Positions 49,128-60,800 of a stretch of DNA of 64,000 nucleotides are shown in pieces. The notes under the pieces were generated by a model. The model saw only the letters and a list, made by a program, of their open reading frames with translations. It was not told where the DNA came from and did not search any database. The DNA comes from Craspedostauros australis. Its lineage: Eukaryota. The stretch covers positions 1 through 64,000 of the forward strand of contig JALAGF010002407.1 in assembly GCA_030167865.1 (NCBI GenBank), written 5' to 3'. How positions within the stretch are numbered: position 1 is the first letter of the stretch; the number at the start of each line of letters is the position of its first letter. Both the position numbers and the translations under genes were made by a program.

Positions 49128-50336
49128 TTAAAAGTCCATTCCCAGAATATCCAGATCGTCACTGCCGTCGCTGCTCGCATCCTTTGCTGCTGGTGGTGCT
49201 GGTGACGGTGGTGTGGATGGTGTTGGCGAAGTGTTTTTCTTCTTCTTCTTGATCGTCTTGCTCTTCTTCGGCTTGGCAGGTTCCGAATCTGATGACGCAC
49301 TCGCAGCAGCCTCACTTGGCTTCTTCTTTTTCTTCTTCTTCTTCGCTGGTGGTTTGGCAGCAGCATCAGCCACCTGATCGGTGTCCATCTCACCATTCTT
49401 CTTGGCGTCCGCTTCCTTGACGAAGGCATCAATGTCAGGGTCGGTGGTCTCCAAATCTGCCGCCGCGGTCGTTTCTCGCTCGAGCAGGATCTGGTTGGCC
49501 TTCTCCTCATCTCCGCCGGCCTGCTTCATGATCTTTCGTCTCTCCGAACGCGACACGAAATCCAAGGGCCGCTCGTACTCGAAGTAATCATCCATGTCCG
49601 CCACATCCTCCACGATACGATCGCGATCCATGATGAAGTTGTCCTTGCCTTTGGCACCGCAGGTGAAGCATCCCAATCCTCCGAGGCCCGTGCCACCCTC
49701 GAAGAAGAACTCCCTGGTCTTGGCGATGAAGAGCGTCGATCCGCATGACTTGCAGGTGAATGCCTTGAGGTCCTTCTCCTGCTCCTTCGACGTGATGACG
49801 TTGTTCCAGTTGGGCTGACGATCCCACACGGGGATGTTGAAGACGTACCTGGCGCGGTACCATTTGATGCAGAAGCCGACGGCGAACCAGTAGAACATGG
49901 AGCGGGCGCACCACCTGTACTTGTACAGCGAGTACGCTGCGAGGGCCAGATAGGTCTTGGGATTGTGCAGACTCAGGACCCTTTGGATGACGCTCTTGGG
50001 CGGCGTCTCCTCCTCCTCCGCCTGCGATCCGGATTTGGGAGATCGCTTCAGCACGCTGAGTATTCTCGCAACGATGGAGACCTTGCGGCCTGAGGAGCCG
50101 TCGTCGCCGTTGGGGGCCGAAGAGGCAAGCAGCGCGCAGGCAGCATTCTCGCCTCGCCTTGCGCCGATCTGCAATTCCAACGGCGAATATCTCGCGGCGG
50201 ATGATGATGATGCAGGCTGCTGCCTCGACGCGATGATGGGCACGGATGCCGATTGCAGCGATGGCGCGAACGCTGCCGTTCGGTCTGCTGCCATGACGGC
50301 CAGCACGATGGCCGCCCCACCCTTCAGCCGGTACAT
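49128..50336 (-). CDS. Plastid-targeted membrane-associated protein with a rubredoxin/zinc-ribbon-like CxxC...CxxC motif and Lys-rich tail, ~402 aa
   Basis: MYRLKGGAAIVLAVMAADRTAA-FAP presequence; aromatic hydrophobic segment YLALAAYSLYKYRWCARSMFYWFAVGFCIKWY; FTCKSCGSTLFIA...CFTCGA. Confidence 0.82.
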   Translation of the reverse strand: MYRLKGGAAIVLAVMAADRTAAFAPSLQSASVPIIASRQQPASSSSAARYSPLELQIGARRGENAACALLASSAPNGDDGSSGRKVSIVARILSVLKRSPKSGSQAEEEETPPKSVIQRVLSLHNPKTYLALAAYSLYKYRWCARSMFYWFAVGFCIKWYRARYVFNIPVWDRQPNWNNVITSKEQEKDLKAFTCKSCGSTLFIAKTREFFFEGGTGLGGLGCFTCGAKGKDNFIMDRDRIVEDVADMDDYFEYERPLDFVSRSERRKIMKQAGGDEEKANQILLERETTAAADLETTDPDIDAFVKEADAKKNGEMDTDQVADAAAKPPAKKKKKKKKPSEAAASASSDSEPAKPKKSKTIKKKKKNTSPTPSTPPSPAPPAAKDASSDGSDDLDILGMDF

Positions 50337-51030
50337 CTTTTCGGTCCTTCGCTTTTCCGTTTTGCTGGTCTCCCGTTTGCTCCTGGTCCTGCTTCTGCTC
50401 CTGCTCCTGCTCCTGATCTTCCTGGATTGCCACTTCGTTGTGCTTGCTGTAGCCACTCGCTGTCGATGGTGGTGTCAATTGTGATGTTGGTGGTGATGTT
50501 GATGGTGGTGCCAAGTGTGATGTTGATGGTGCGTGAACAAGATACGACGATCCTTCACAGCAAGTGTTGCGTGTGCGTGCGACGCGACATCTGGTTGAGG
50601 TTTTTCAGTGCCAGGTGGAATGAAACAATGTGGTCGTAGTGGTCGATTTCAGTTCACTTTTAGTCATTGCAGTCCTTCGTTTTCGGGAATGAAATGTGTG
50701 TTCAGTCGTGCAAGATGGCACAGAAAACGCAAAACGGTCATGCGAACACAAATTGTGACACACACAACACAACGCAACATGGTAGACCAACGTCCAACGC
50801 TCCTCACCGAAATTTGGGCGTGACCGATGCCAACCACGTCCCTCCTTCTTGCTCTGCCTCATACTCCGCTCCTCCATCACAAACCAACTCACATGGACAT
50901 CGAACTCCAACGGCCACAGAAGAGACCAACACAATTCGTGCTGTCGTCATAATCGCATCCGGAGCCGCAGTCGGAACCATCAAAGTGCGAAAGCAGAAGG
51001 AGACATTGGAAGGAGACGACAGTGGCCAAG

Positions 51031-52885
51031 ATGATGACAGCAATGACTGGCCTGAGGCTAATGACCTTCTTCATGATGAGCAGCGTCTCCTTCTCGCAGG
51101 AGAAGCCAGACTATGGCGTTGATCTGGTGAGTGCGGCAGCAGCAGCCATTTTGGGAAGCCGCAATGCCAGACCCTTTCATCGGTTCCCTTTCTTCAGTCG
51201 ATTGACGTCCATTGCGAGTTGTGATCATTCTCTGGCTTCCTCTCCATCGCTCGCAAACTGACTCTTTCTCTGAACCCTGATCCCATCATATTATATCATT
51301 TCGTTGATGACATTCATCTAACGCAATGTAACCCAACGCAATCCAATGCAACCAATACAATGCAGTCATATCCCATGCACCAGTACGATGCGTCCACCAA
51401 CTACGCGTGGCTTCCACACAACGTGGATCCTTCCATTCCAACCCCCGAGAAGTATCAGGGAATGCCGGTCCAGATCCTGGGCGACAAGGATGCATTCTAC
51501 GACAGTCTGATGAAGGGATGCGGAGAGCAGGAGAAGACGACCGAAAAGAGATGCAGACACAACGACGAGAGCCGCGTGGACATGAACTTCCGACAGCCAA
51601 AGAGCATGGTGAATTACACGACGACCGGCTACACCAAGATCAAGGCGCCGGAGAAGGTCTTCAACCTCATCAAGGACTTCTGGGAAGCGAACAAGCACGA
51701 CCAATCGACGGAAAACTGGAGCCCCACGAACACCTACGTTAATCATTGGGATGCGGAGTTCAAGATGGTCAGCATCGAGAACAAGAGGCTCCAAGGCGGC
51801 GGGCCCATCCTCAAGCAGGCCGTATGGAATGCAGCGAGGGACACAATCTCGGAATGGACGGGTCAGCAGTTGGCAGAGTGCAGTCTGTACGGTGTTCGCG
51901 TGTACAAAACTGGCGCCGTCCTCGCGCCGCATGTGGACCGCCTTCCCTTGGTCAGCTCGGCGATCATCAATGTCGATCAGGACGTGGACGAACCGTGGCC
52001 GCTCGAGGTCATTGGTCACGATGGTAGGGCCACCAACATCACCATGGAACCCGGCGATCTCGTGCTCTACGAATCGCACTCCGTCATCCACGGACGTCCG
52101 TTCCCACTCAAGGGCAAGTTCATGGCCAATATCTTCGTGCATTTCGAGCCGGTTGGAGCGATCGGGGAGAAGACTTCGACCAAGTCCGACCTGCCTCCCT
52201 ACATCATTCCCGGATCCGAAGAGGCGGTCAGTTGGAGAAGGAGGCACCCAAACGGGCATACCGTTGAGAATGAAGCGTTCATGACTGGTACGACCGCGGT
52301 GCACCAGGCGGCACAGCAAGGTGATGCACAGCTCATGCGCAAGCTGCTTGTCAACGATCCCGACATGCTCCACGCGAAGGACAAGAACGGTTGGCAACCA
52401 ATCCATGTAAGTGCTATGCTGTTGTGCTGTCTCATTGATGTCGTGACGCGATGTAATTGGATTGGATTGGATTTGATACGTGCTCCACCCGATGCGACTC
52501 TGTGTGACTCAATGTGAGCGATGCGCTGTTCGTTTGCAATACCTCTCCAAGCTCTCACCTATTCTAAATTTGCTTGCTGTGCTCTATTCATAACATTTCG
52601 GCATGAATAATGGCAACACTGACGACGCATGCACACTCGCGTTTGCCTTTCTAATATCTCTACACGCAACAGGAGGCCGCACGCAATGGACACATGGAGA
52701 CTCTGAAAACTCTGGTTGAGCTCGGTGCCGACGTCAATGCCAGGACGGGCAGGAGCGGAAGGGAGAACGGAGGCAGCCCACTATGGTGGGCGAGGAAGTT
52801 CTTTGGTGAGGACCATGAGGTCTACAAACTGCTCGCAGAGCACGGAGCCAAGGTCATCGCACCAAGACAGACGCCGGAATTGTAA
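51031..52885 (+). CDS. Secretory 2OG-Fe(II) oxygenase-like plus ankyrin-repeat protein, paralog 1, ~449 aa; exons 51031-51126, 51366-52406, 52673-52885
   Basis: Signal peptide; SLYGVRVY...LAPHVDRLPLVSSAIINV...MEPGDLVLYESHSVIHGRPFPL...NIFVHF; ankyrin D.NGWQPIH|EAARNGH; ends TPEL. Confidence 0.9.
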
Positions 52886-53349
52886 AGCACTGCTGGTCGC
52901 AGATCATGGCGATCAGATTGTGATCGATATCATCATGCAGCCTTCTATGATATGTTGCTAAAATAGAGGAAATTTTCCATCCCATCAAAACCAGAGTCGT
53001 TGAGGTGCACACCAGAGTAACGGAATGGTTTGTCGCGTACGACCTGCACAGAAATGCACGTCTAAGGGGAACAGCCAGCAGAGAGGCGATCCAATGTCAT
53101 ACGAGCACACCACACCAGATAGGGCATCTAGCGCACACGTTGTTCGCAATGTGATGGGATGGCGTCGATTCCGCATCACCTCGAGTTCAGTACAAGGGAT
53201 CTGGAGACAAATACGGTTGTCTGTCGGTGGATAAGAGTGTTTCAAAGCGCCATAGGGACGGTAGGCTTCGAGAATTGGAACAAATCATATACGGGACGAC
53301 AACACAACAAGGTTAATATTCTCAGTAGTATTGCATCATCCCACCAAGC

Positions 53350-53431
53350 GACGCAGTGGCCGAGCGGTTAAGGCGATCGACTAGAAATCGATTGGGATTT
53401 TCCCGCGTAGGTTCGAGTCCTGCCTGCGTCG
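53350..53431 (+). tRNA. tRNA-Ser(AGA), 82 nt, long variable arm
   Basis: Acceptor stem GACGCAG/CTGCGTC plus G discriminator; D-loop TGGCCGAGCGGTTAAGG; anticodon stem ATCGA/TCGAT with CT-AGA-AA (53383-53385); T-loop GGTTCGAGTCC; TTTT terminator downstream. Confidence 0.97.
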
Positions 53432-54654
53432 TACCTTTTGTTTTGCTTGGCGACGAGAGCGTGATTGCAACGAACGACGCTGATGGCAAACCTTTTGTCT
53501 CGTCTCTCGTCGCTTTTGAATCTGGAGACGATGCTTGCTCTCATCGTGCGTTTGTGTAGTCGTATCTCATGAAGATCTGTTGGAACCACACTGTCGCGTT
53601 CTCGTAGGATCAGATGGGACGCCGCCTTTTGACACGAACACGATGAGCCCTTTTCCTTTGCATGCCTCTTTAACTGTCATGCGCGGCGCAATGCACTGGA
53701 ACAACAAAGAGATGGACTTCTCTTTGTTTAGCCAACGAAGCCGTGGTCATATGTTGGTCGCAACAATTGGCAGAGTAGCTTGTATTGGAGTACTCGGCGA
53801 GCTACATCAGTGCACATCATGTGGGGCCGTCTACTCGATATGCTGTAATTAGTGTGTCCGAGAGCGGGGTGTGCGGCAAATACACTAAATAAAATGCATA
53901 TACATTTTCCAGGATGCACGTTTGCACACATGCTGAATGGATGAATCCAAGTCCTCACACACGATGGACGACGGATGGTCTTCTTGGGATGCTCAGGACA
54001 TGTCTACATACTGCAGGAGCACTCCAAGGTAGCGATCTGACAGCCGTCAACACACTTCAGCGCCCAGTAGATGATCTACGTTACGACCGACTTGGTGTCA
54101 GACAGCCTCCAAGTCTCAAACGAAGGGTCCAAGAGCACGCGCTGTGATTGTTTTTAGCCACTGTGTGTTATTCGCAGCATCGCTTCACCTGGTTCACTGT
54201 TGCTGCCTTCTGAATTGCTGTAGTCGTATGGTAGAGAGACCGGCATCACACATGTGGACAATTACCGATGAGAGTATTCATCCTCGAACAACATCGCCAC
54301 TAAATTCCGTTCCCTAGCTTCCACAATGGTAGGCACTCACAGAGCGCGAAGAAAGCGATCGTGTTTGGAGGATCTCTGACGAAGGTGAGCGAGTCACGTG
54401 ATGGCAGTTGGTCAGGGTTTTTGGTGTCTTTGGTGGAGCTTCGCGATGACTCTCAACGGTAACCAAAGCCGAAACATCGCCTTCTCAACCGCCAAGAGAG
54501 CAGAGACAGAGACACAATACGAATTCGAAACAGCACGACTGCGGCCTCCCTGTTGATCCCATTCGGTTTGTGCCAACTTGGGTCGTTAATCCAAACAACG
54601 GAGCATCCGTCGCAGAGGAACACAAAAGCAAACGCAACGACACTCGCATCCATC

Positions 54655-57016
54655 ATGTTCACCAAGCTCACAGTGAAGAAGGTGGCGCTGGTGGCCACCA
54701 TCGCGTTCGTCCCGTCGCTGGTCTCCGGTGGCTTCTTCAGCGACGCCGACGAGGAGGCTCCCAACGTCCCCGTGACCGACAAATCGGGATGGAGTGACTA
54801 CGGAGTGGACGTCTCCTTCCCAATCCACCACGCGCACGTGTCCAGCAACTTCGCTTGGCTGGAGCACAACACCGATCCGGATGTGGAGGTGCCGGAGGAG
54901 TACCAGGAAATGCCAATCCAGCCATTGGGTGACCGCAACGAATTCTACAGGGACTTCCTGCAGGGCTGCCGCGAAGCATTCGGCAACAGAGGAGCACGCT
55001 GCGCGCAGACTGAGATCGACCGTATCGAAATGAGTCTCAGGCAGCCGCAGAGCATGGAGGTGTGTACGACTGCTGCTGCAACGAAGGCTGCTACGAACGA
55101 TGCTACTACTGATACGTGCTCTGTGATATACTCGTGAGGGTACTGCGCTGCAATACCATACGAAGTTGTCGGTGTTCCATGATGAATTCGATGGGATTCA
55201 TGATGCATCGTTGCACATGGCACATGACACAGGCGGCGTATGGAATCGGACCCAGTGGAATTGAATTGGATCGAACGATATCGCGTCACAATGTGTCTTC
55301 CTCCTATGCTGTGGTTGCTGTTCGGCATTTGGGTTATCACCATCATTGTATCGACCAAAGACCATCGTTGATGGTTTGATTGTTCGATGGTTTGATGAAT
55401 GATCAACGTGTCGATGAAGCGGATCCAAGTGTGTGGAGCAGAATATTCTACTCTATTCTATTCTATTCTATGCGGTGTTGGAACAAGCGAGGGCTCTTCA
55501 AATCTCAGCAAAAGCGTCAAGCTAACCCTCTCTCTCTATCTCGATCAACCTTCTCATCTTCACCTTTGAATTTGGTAACACACCATATTCCAATGTCTCT
55601 CCCCGTTACTTTCTTCCACTTCTCTTTACATCACTTTCGTTCATCCACTGTGATCCACGCGTGTGACATCGCATCATCAAACCCAACACGCTCGCAGAAC
55701 TATACCGAGGTTGGCTTCAAGAAGATCCGCGCGCCAGATCATGTTTGGGAGCTCATCCAAGAATTCTGGAAGAAGAACAAGGACAAGAGCAAGCCAGAGA
55801 ACTGGGGTGTTGGCAACACATACACCAACAACTGGGAAGCCCCCACAACGTGAGTCCATGCGTACATGGATGCATACTTTGATTGCTACCATACAATCCC
55901 CGTATTGTCTATGGTACCGTTGCACTTTCCACGCGGCTATGGATGCACAGATATGTATTGCTTGCCTCTTCACATGCCATTCTGCCCGTCGAGAGATGCA
56001 CGAAAAACTCACCACAACCAATCCATCATCCATCCATCAATTTCTATCTATTCCAACTCTTTCTACCTATTCTACCAACGATAACGACACCAATGACACA
56101 AAACAGTATGGTCAGCGTGGAGGATAAGTCCCTGCGCGGCGGCGGCCACACCCTCAAGCAGGCCATCTGGACCGCAGCCCGCGATACCATCGAGGAGTGG
56201 ACCGGCCAGGAACTCACCCAGTGCTCTCTTTACGGCATCCGCACCTACCACGCCGGCAGTGTGCTGGCCACCCACGTTGATCGTTTGCCACTCGTTTCAT
56301 CCGCGATCATCAACGTGGCACAGGACCTGGACGAGCCGTGGCCGCTGGAGGTGTACGGTCACGACGGTCGGGCGACCAACGTGACAATGGAGCCGGGCGA
56401 CATGGTCCTGTACGAATCTCACTCCGTGCTCCACGGACGTCCATTCCCGCTGAAGGGCCGGTATATGGCCAACATCTTCATCCACTTCGAACCGACCGGC
56501 CATTCCCTGCGCCACGACGCCAAGATGGAGATGCAGAACGTAGATGTCCACGAGAAGTACCGAGACACCCTCAAGCGCGGAGTCGGTGGTCACGAAAGCG
56601 ACCACTCTGGCCTGCCACCGTACGTCGTCCCCGGAACCCCGGAGGAAGATCACTGGCGCAGATCCCACCCCAACGGATACAAATCGAAGCGCAATTCCTC
56701 CGTCACAGGTTCCACCAGCGCTCACAGGGCAGCCCAGGGAGGCGACTTGGAACGCCTCAAGGAGGTGGTGAGCAACAACAAGGGCGTCGTGAATGCCAGC
56801 GACTCCAACGGCTGGACCCCGCTCCACGAGGGTGTTCGCGGAGGCAACGCGGACGTCGTGAAGTTCCTGGTCGAGAACGGAGCCGATGTGAACCAACGAA
56901 CGGGATCCTCCGGTGGCAGCGCTCTCTGGTGGGCCAAGCAGAGCCACAGGCCCGACGACCCGATCATCGAGCTCTTGGAGAGCCTGGGTGCGTTGGAGAT
57001 CGGACCTGATCTGTAA
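54655..57016 (+). CDS. Secretory 2OG-Fe(II) oxygenase-like plus ankyrin-repeat protein, paralog 2, ~488 aa; exons 54655-55059, 55698-55849, 56107-57016
   Basis: Signal peptide MFTKLTVKKVALVATIAFVPSLVSG; LATHVDRLPLVSSAIINV...VLHGRPFPL; ankyrin DSNGWTPLHEGVRGGN; ends GPDL. Confidence 0.92.
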
Positions 57017-57870
57017 GCCGATCCGCAATGCGAGACTCTTGCGGCGCTGTCGGAAGGCCATTGCACACTGCATACTTGAGTGATTTGAGCAGGTCAGACT
57101 GGATTTCTCCATTCGAAGACAATGTTACACAAAGCCATGCATCCCCCAGAGCAAACACTATCTAGATAGAGAGAAAGTAGGAACTTTGGCCTGTCTACCT
57201 ACGAGTATCTAACTGTTACATTTCGTCCGCAAGATAGCTGTTGCAATGACCTGATGGCAGTGCGTCGCTGGCGAACGAATGGACTCCTCGTTGCCTCTAG
57301 TTCACATCGAGTCCGGAATGTAGACGAATCCCGGTTTGGTTTCTCGACCGTTCCGATCAATAGTCTGTCATGGTACGAGGGCAGATGCTTTTGGTGGTCA
57401 CGAGCAAGAGACATTTCGGAGACGCAAAACAGCCAAGTGTGTGGTGACAGCTGAGTGCCGGAAAGTCTGTCCCTCGACCGTGAGTGATCCACAGTTATTC
57501 GGCACTTTTTGCGCGTTCTTGTACTTGGCACCATTGTGCCAGTTGACATCGCGGGGAGATTGCCGCAGAAGCGGATCGACCAATCTGCAACGAGAGGGTG
57601 GCAGCACAGCGAAAAGAGATCCTTTTTGAAGTGCGCGAAAAGTAAAAAGAGCGCACGTGACAACGAGTGCGAGAGTGTGACCAACAGCGACAGCAACACC
57701 TGTCCCGACAGATACAACAACAACAGCAACAGCAACAACAACAAACAAGGAGGATCCAAACACAAACGATCCCACCATCGGATAGTAGATCACAATCAAT
57801 CAACCATCTGATCGGACCCCACCGCCTCGATCGCGAAAGAAGCAAGACCCGCAGTAGCTCTTCCAAGTGC

Positions 57871-60800
57871 ATGTCTTTTGTTCCTGCCCCACAGCAGGCG
57901 ATCGCCGCCAGCGCTAACAATGCTGCTGCTAACACCCCGGTGAATGCCTCCAAGGAGGCCACCGCCGGCAAAGATGAAGAGGAACTCAGCGTTTTCAACA
58001 TCCGTACCTTCGATCTGTACTGGGTGGACAGGAAGGCGTTGATGTACAAGGATGGTATCGACAAAGTACGTGCAACGTGTCTCTCTCTCTCTCTCTGTTC
58101 GGTTTTGGTTCGTTGCATCATGTTGCAGTGTGTTGGGATATCTTGCTCTGTGCTGTCTTGGCTTGTCTCTTGCTCCGCTTCATGGCGTTGCCCAGGACGC
58201 ACTCAGGACCTTGGCAATATCGTACCCACATGAGATCGGGGGAGCACCAAACAGGATCTGTCGGCAATGTCGATCGTTGATTCCTGGTCACAGATGGCGA
58301 GATCAATACGACTGGATCTTCGTTGACGACCATCCGCAGATACCCCCGTTCTGGGCACTCCATCCACACTTGCGCCAGCAACGGCGCTGGCATGGACGTT
58401 GGCATGGAGAAAGATGGGGACGACGACAAGGAAAAGGCAGACAGTAAGGCGTTGAACGATTGATGTCACATCTGCGACTCCTCCAGCCCCATCCCGCAGG
58501 GGACATCAATGCACCAAGAAACTACAAACATCCACTCCAGCCTGAGATGCGTAAGCCATCAAATGGAAAGATGAGCAAAATTGTGCATCAAGCGAAGTCG
58601 AAAGCCAAGTCAAAAGCCAAATCAAACGTCAAGTCCGCAGATGCATATTGGATGTTATCGGGAAAGATGCACAGATCTTGCTTGCTTCTGAACGACACAA
58701 CAGATCCATACATCGCAGAGTACACTTGTTGTGCACAACCTCGTCAAAGTCATCAGCCAGAATCTCACCTCCGTTCTATTCCTGCTCGCACAATCAATCA
58801 ACCAACCAACCAACCCACCAAACAAAAATGGACAAATGCATACGTCTCATACCTACGTACCGCGCTGTGCTGTTGATTGCACTCACAGACATTCGATCGC
58901 GAGACCAGGAAGGCCATTGTCACAGTCCGACAGCGCTCGTCCATCCCCATCATCCTTCGAGACATGGCACCGCCACGCGGTTCTATCTTCGATCCCACCG
59001 AGAAGTGGAACGAGGAGAAGGAACGCCGCCAGATCATTCTGGAAAACGAGGCCGAGAAGAAGGCAGCAGAAGCTGCTCTCGCCAAGGCCTCAAAGAAGAA
59101 GGGAGGCAAGAAGGCCAACGAGAAGAAAAAGTCGACCGCGGACACCATCAAGGAGTCCAACGCCGCCGAGAAGGCCAAGAAGGATCACACCCGTGATCTG
59201 GAGAAGCTGTCCAACCTCCGCACCCTCAAGTCCCTCCAGGAGACCACCTGTGACACCATGAGCGGAAAGATCCACCGCATGATCAAGATGCTGCACTTGG
59301 CGGTCTGCGATCTGCGCCAAGGATTCGTCAACTCCAGCGAGGCCGAGGTCCTCGACATCCTCTGGGCGCTCGAGGAGATGCCCGTCTTCAAGACTGCTGA
59401 CGCCGAAGTCGTGGTGGAGAAGGCTGCGAAGAAGGAAGAGAAGAAGTCCGAAAAGAGCGACAAGAAGTCCAAGAAGGACTCCAAAAAAGACAAAAAGTCA
59501 AAGAAGGACGACAAGAAGGAGAAGGAGGAGAAGAAGATCGTCCTGACCACCGAAGCGCAGTCCTTGAAGAGCCTGTACAAGGACGGAGGCGACTCTCGCG
59601 GATCCTACAAGGACTCTCTGAAGTACGCCCGCAAGCTGATGGGCGGCAAGGAAAACCTGATCTCCTTCCAGCTCACCGAGATGGCTGACCGTCTGCCCCC
59701 TCTCAGTCGTTACAACCGCAAGTTCCAACTCGAGGACTGGCAGTGCTCCATCCTCGATGCCATCGACCAGAAGAAGTCCGCCGTCGTGTGCGCACCAACA
59801 TCGTCCGGAAAGACGCTGCTCAGTACATACACCTGTAGTCACGTCCGCAAGGATGGCACCGGCACCGTGCTCTTCGTCCTCCCCAGCGAGGTCCTCGTCT
59901 GGCAGGTCGCATCCACGTACTACCAATTCTTCAAGGGAAACGTGACTGTCTGCACCGAGCAGATCAATTTCCAGGAAGTCACCGGTGACGCCCAGGTCTA
60001 CATCGGCACTCCGCTGGCATTGGAGCGCGCCTTGACCAAGGCCCGTGGATGCGCAGGTGACGAAATGACGAAGGGAGAACGTGAATTCACCATCCTCGAT
60101 GGTGGCTACGGCCAGTTCAACTACCTCGTGTTGGATGAGGTGCATACCTTGAACGGACCAGAGGGTGCAGCCCTCCAGCGCATCATCAAGGCTTGCAACT
60201 GCCCAATCCTCGCCTTGAGCGCGACCATCGGAAACTCGTCCCAGCTTCAGTCTTGGTTCTCCAACGTTGTGAACGAACACTTCGAGGCGACCACCGTCGA
60301 TGCGCCTGCCGAGCCACAGGACGTCATCCTCCGTGAGCACTCTGCTCGGTTCATCAACCTCCAGCGCTATGTCATGTCCGACTACGAGACGAAGGACGGC
60401 AAGAAGCGCAAGAAGCTGGTCAAGCTCCAGCCAGTCGTTGCGATGACCGCGGACCGCTTGAAGAACGAGCCAGAGCTCATCGCTGGTCTCTCCATGACCC
60501 CTGCGGACATGATGGCGTTGTGGAAACGCCTTCGCTCCATGTTCCCATCCACGGCCTTGCAGGAGCTTGACGATCCAGACAACTTCTTCAAGCAGTACGT
60601 GGACCAGACCAACCGCATCACTCTCAACCAAACCAGAGAGTACGAGGCCCACCTGAAGAAGCGTCTCGCGGAGCTCTCTCAATCCCACCCTGAGCTCTAC
60701 GAGAACTTGCGCGTGGCTCAAATGCCACCCGCCCTCAAGTCCAACAAGGACGTCAGCGACGAGATGTACGACGTCATGGACCAGCTGCGCCAGCAGGAGC

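Noticed and set aside
58455-58550. Possible intronic C/D-box snoRNA
   Set aside because: The C box is imperfect (TTGATGT) and I could not identify a terminal stem or rRNA-complementary guide.
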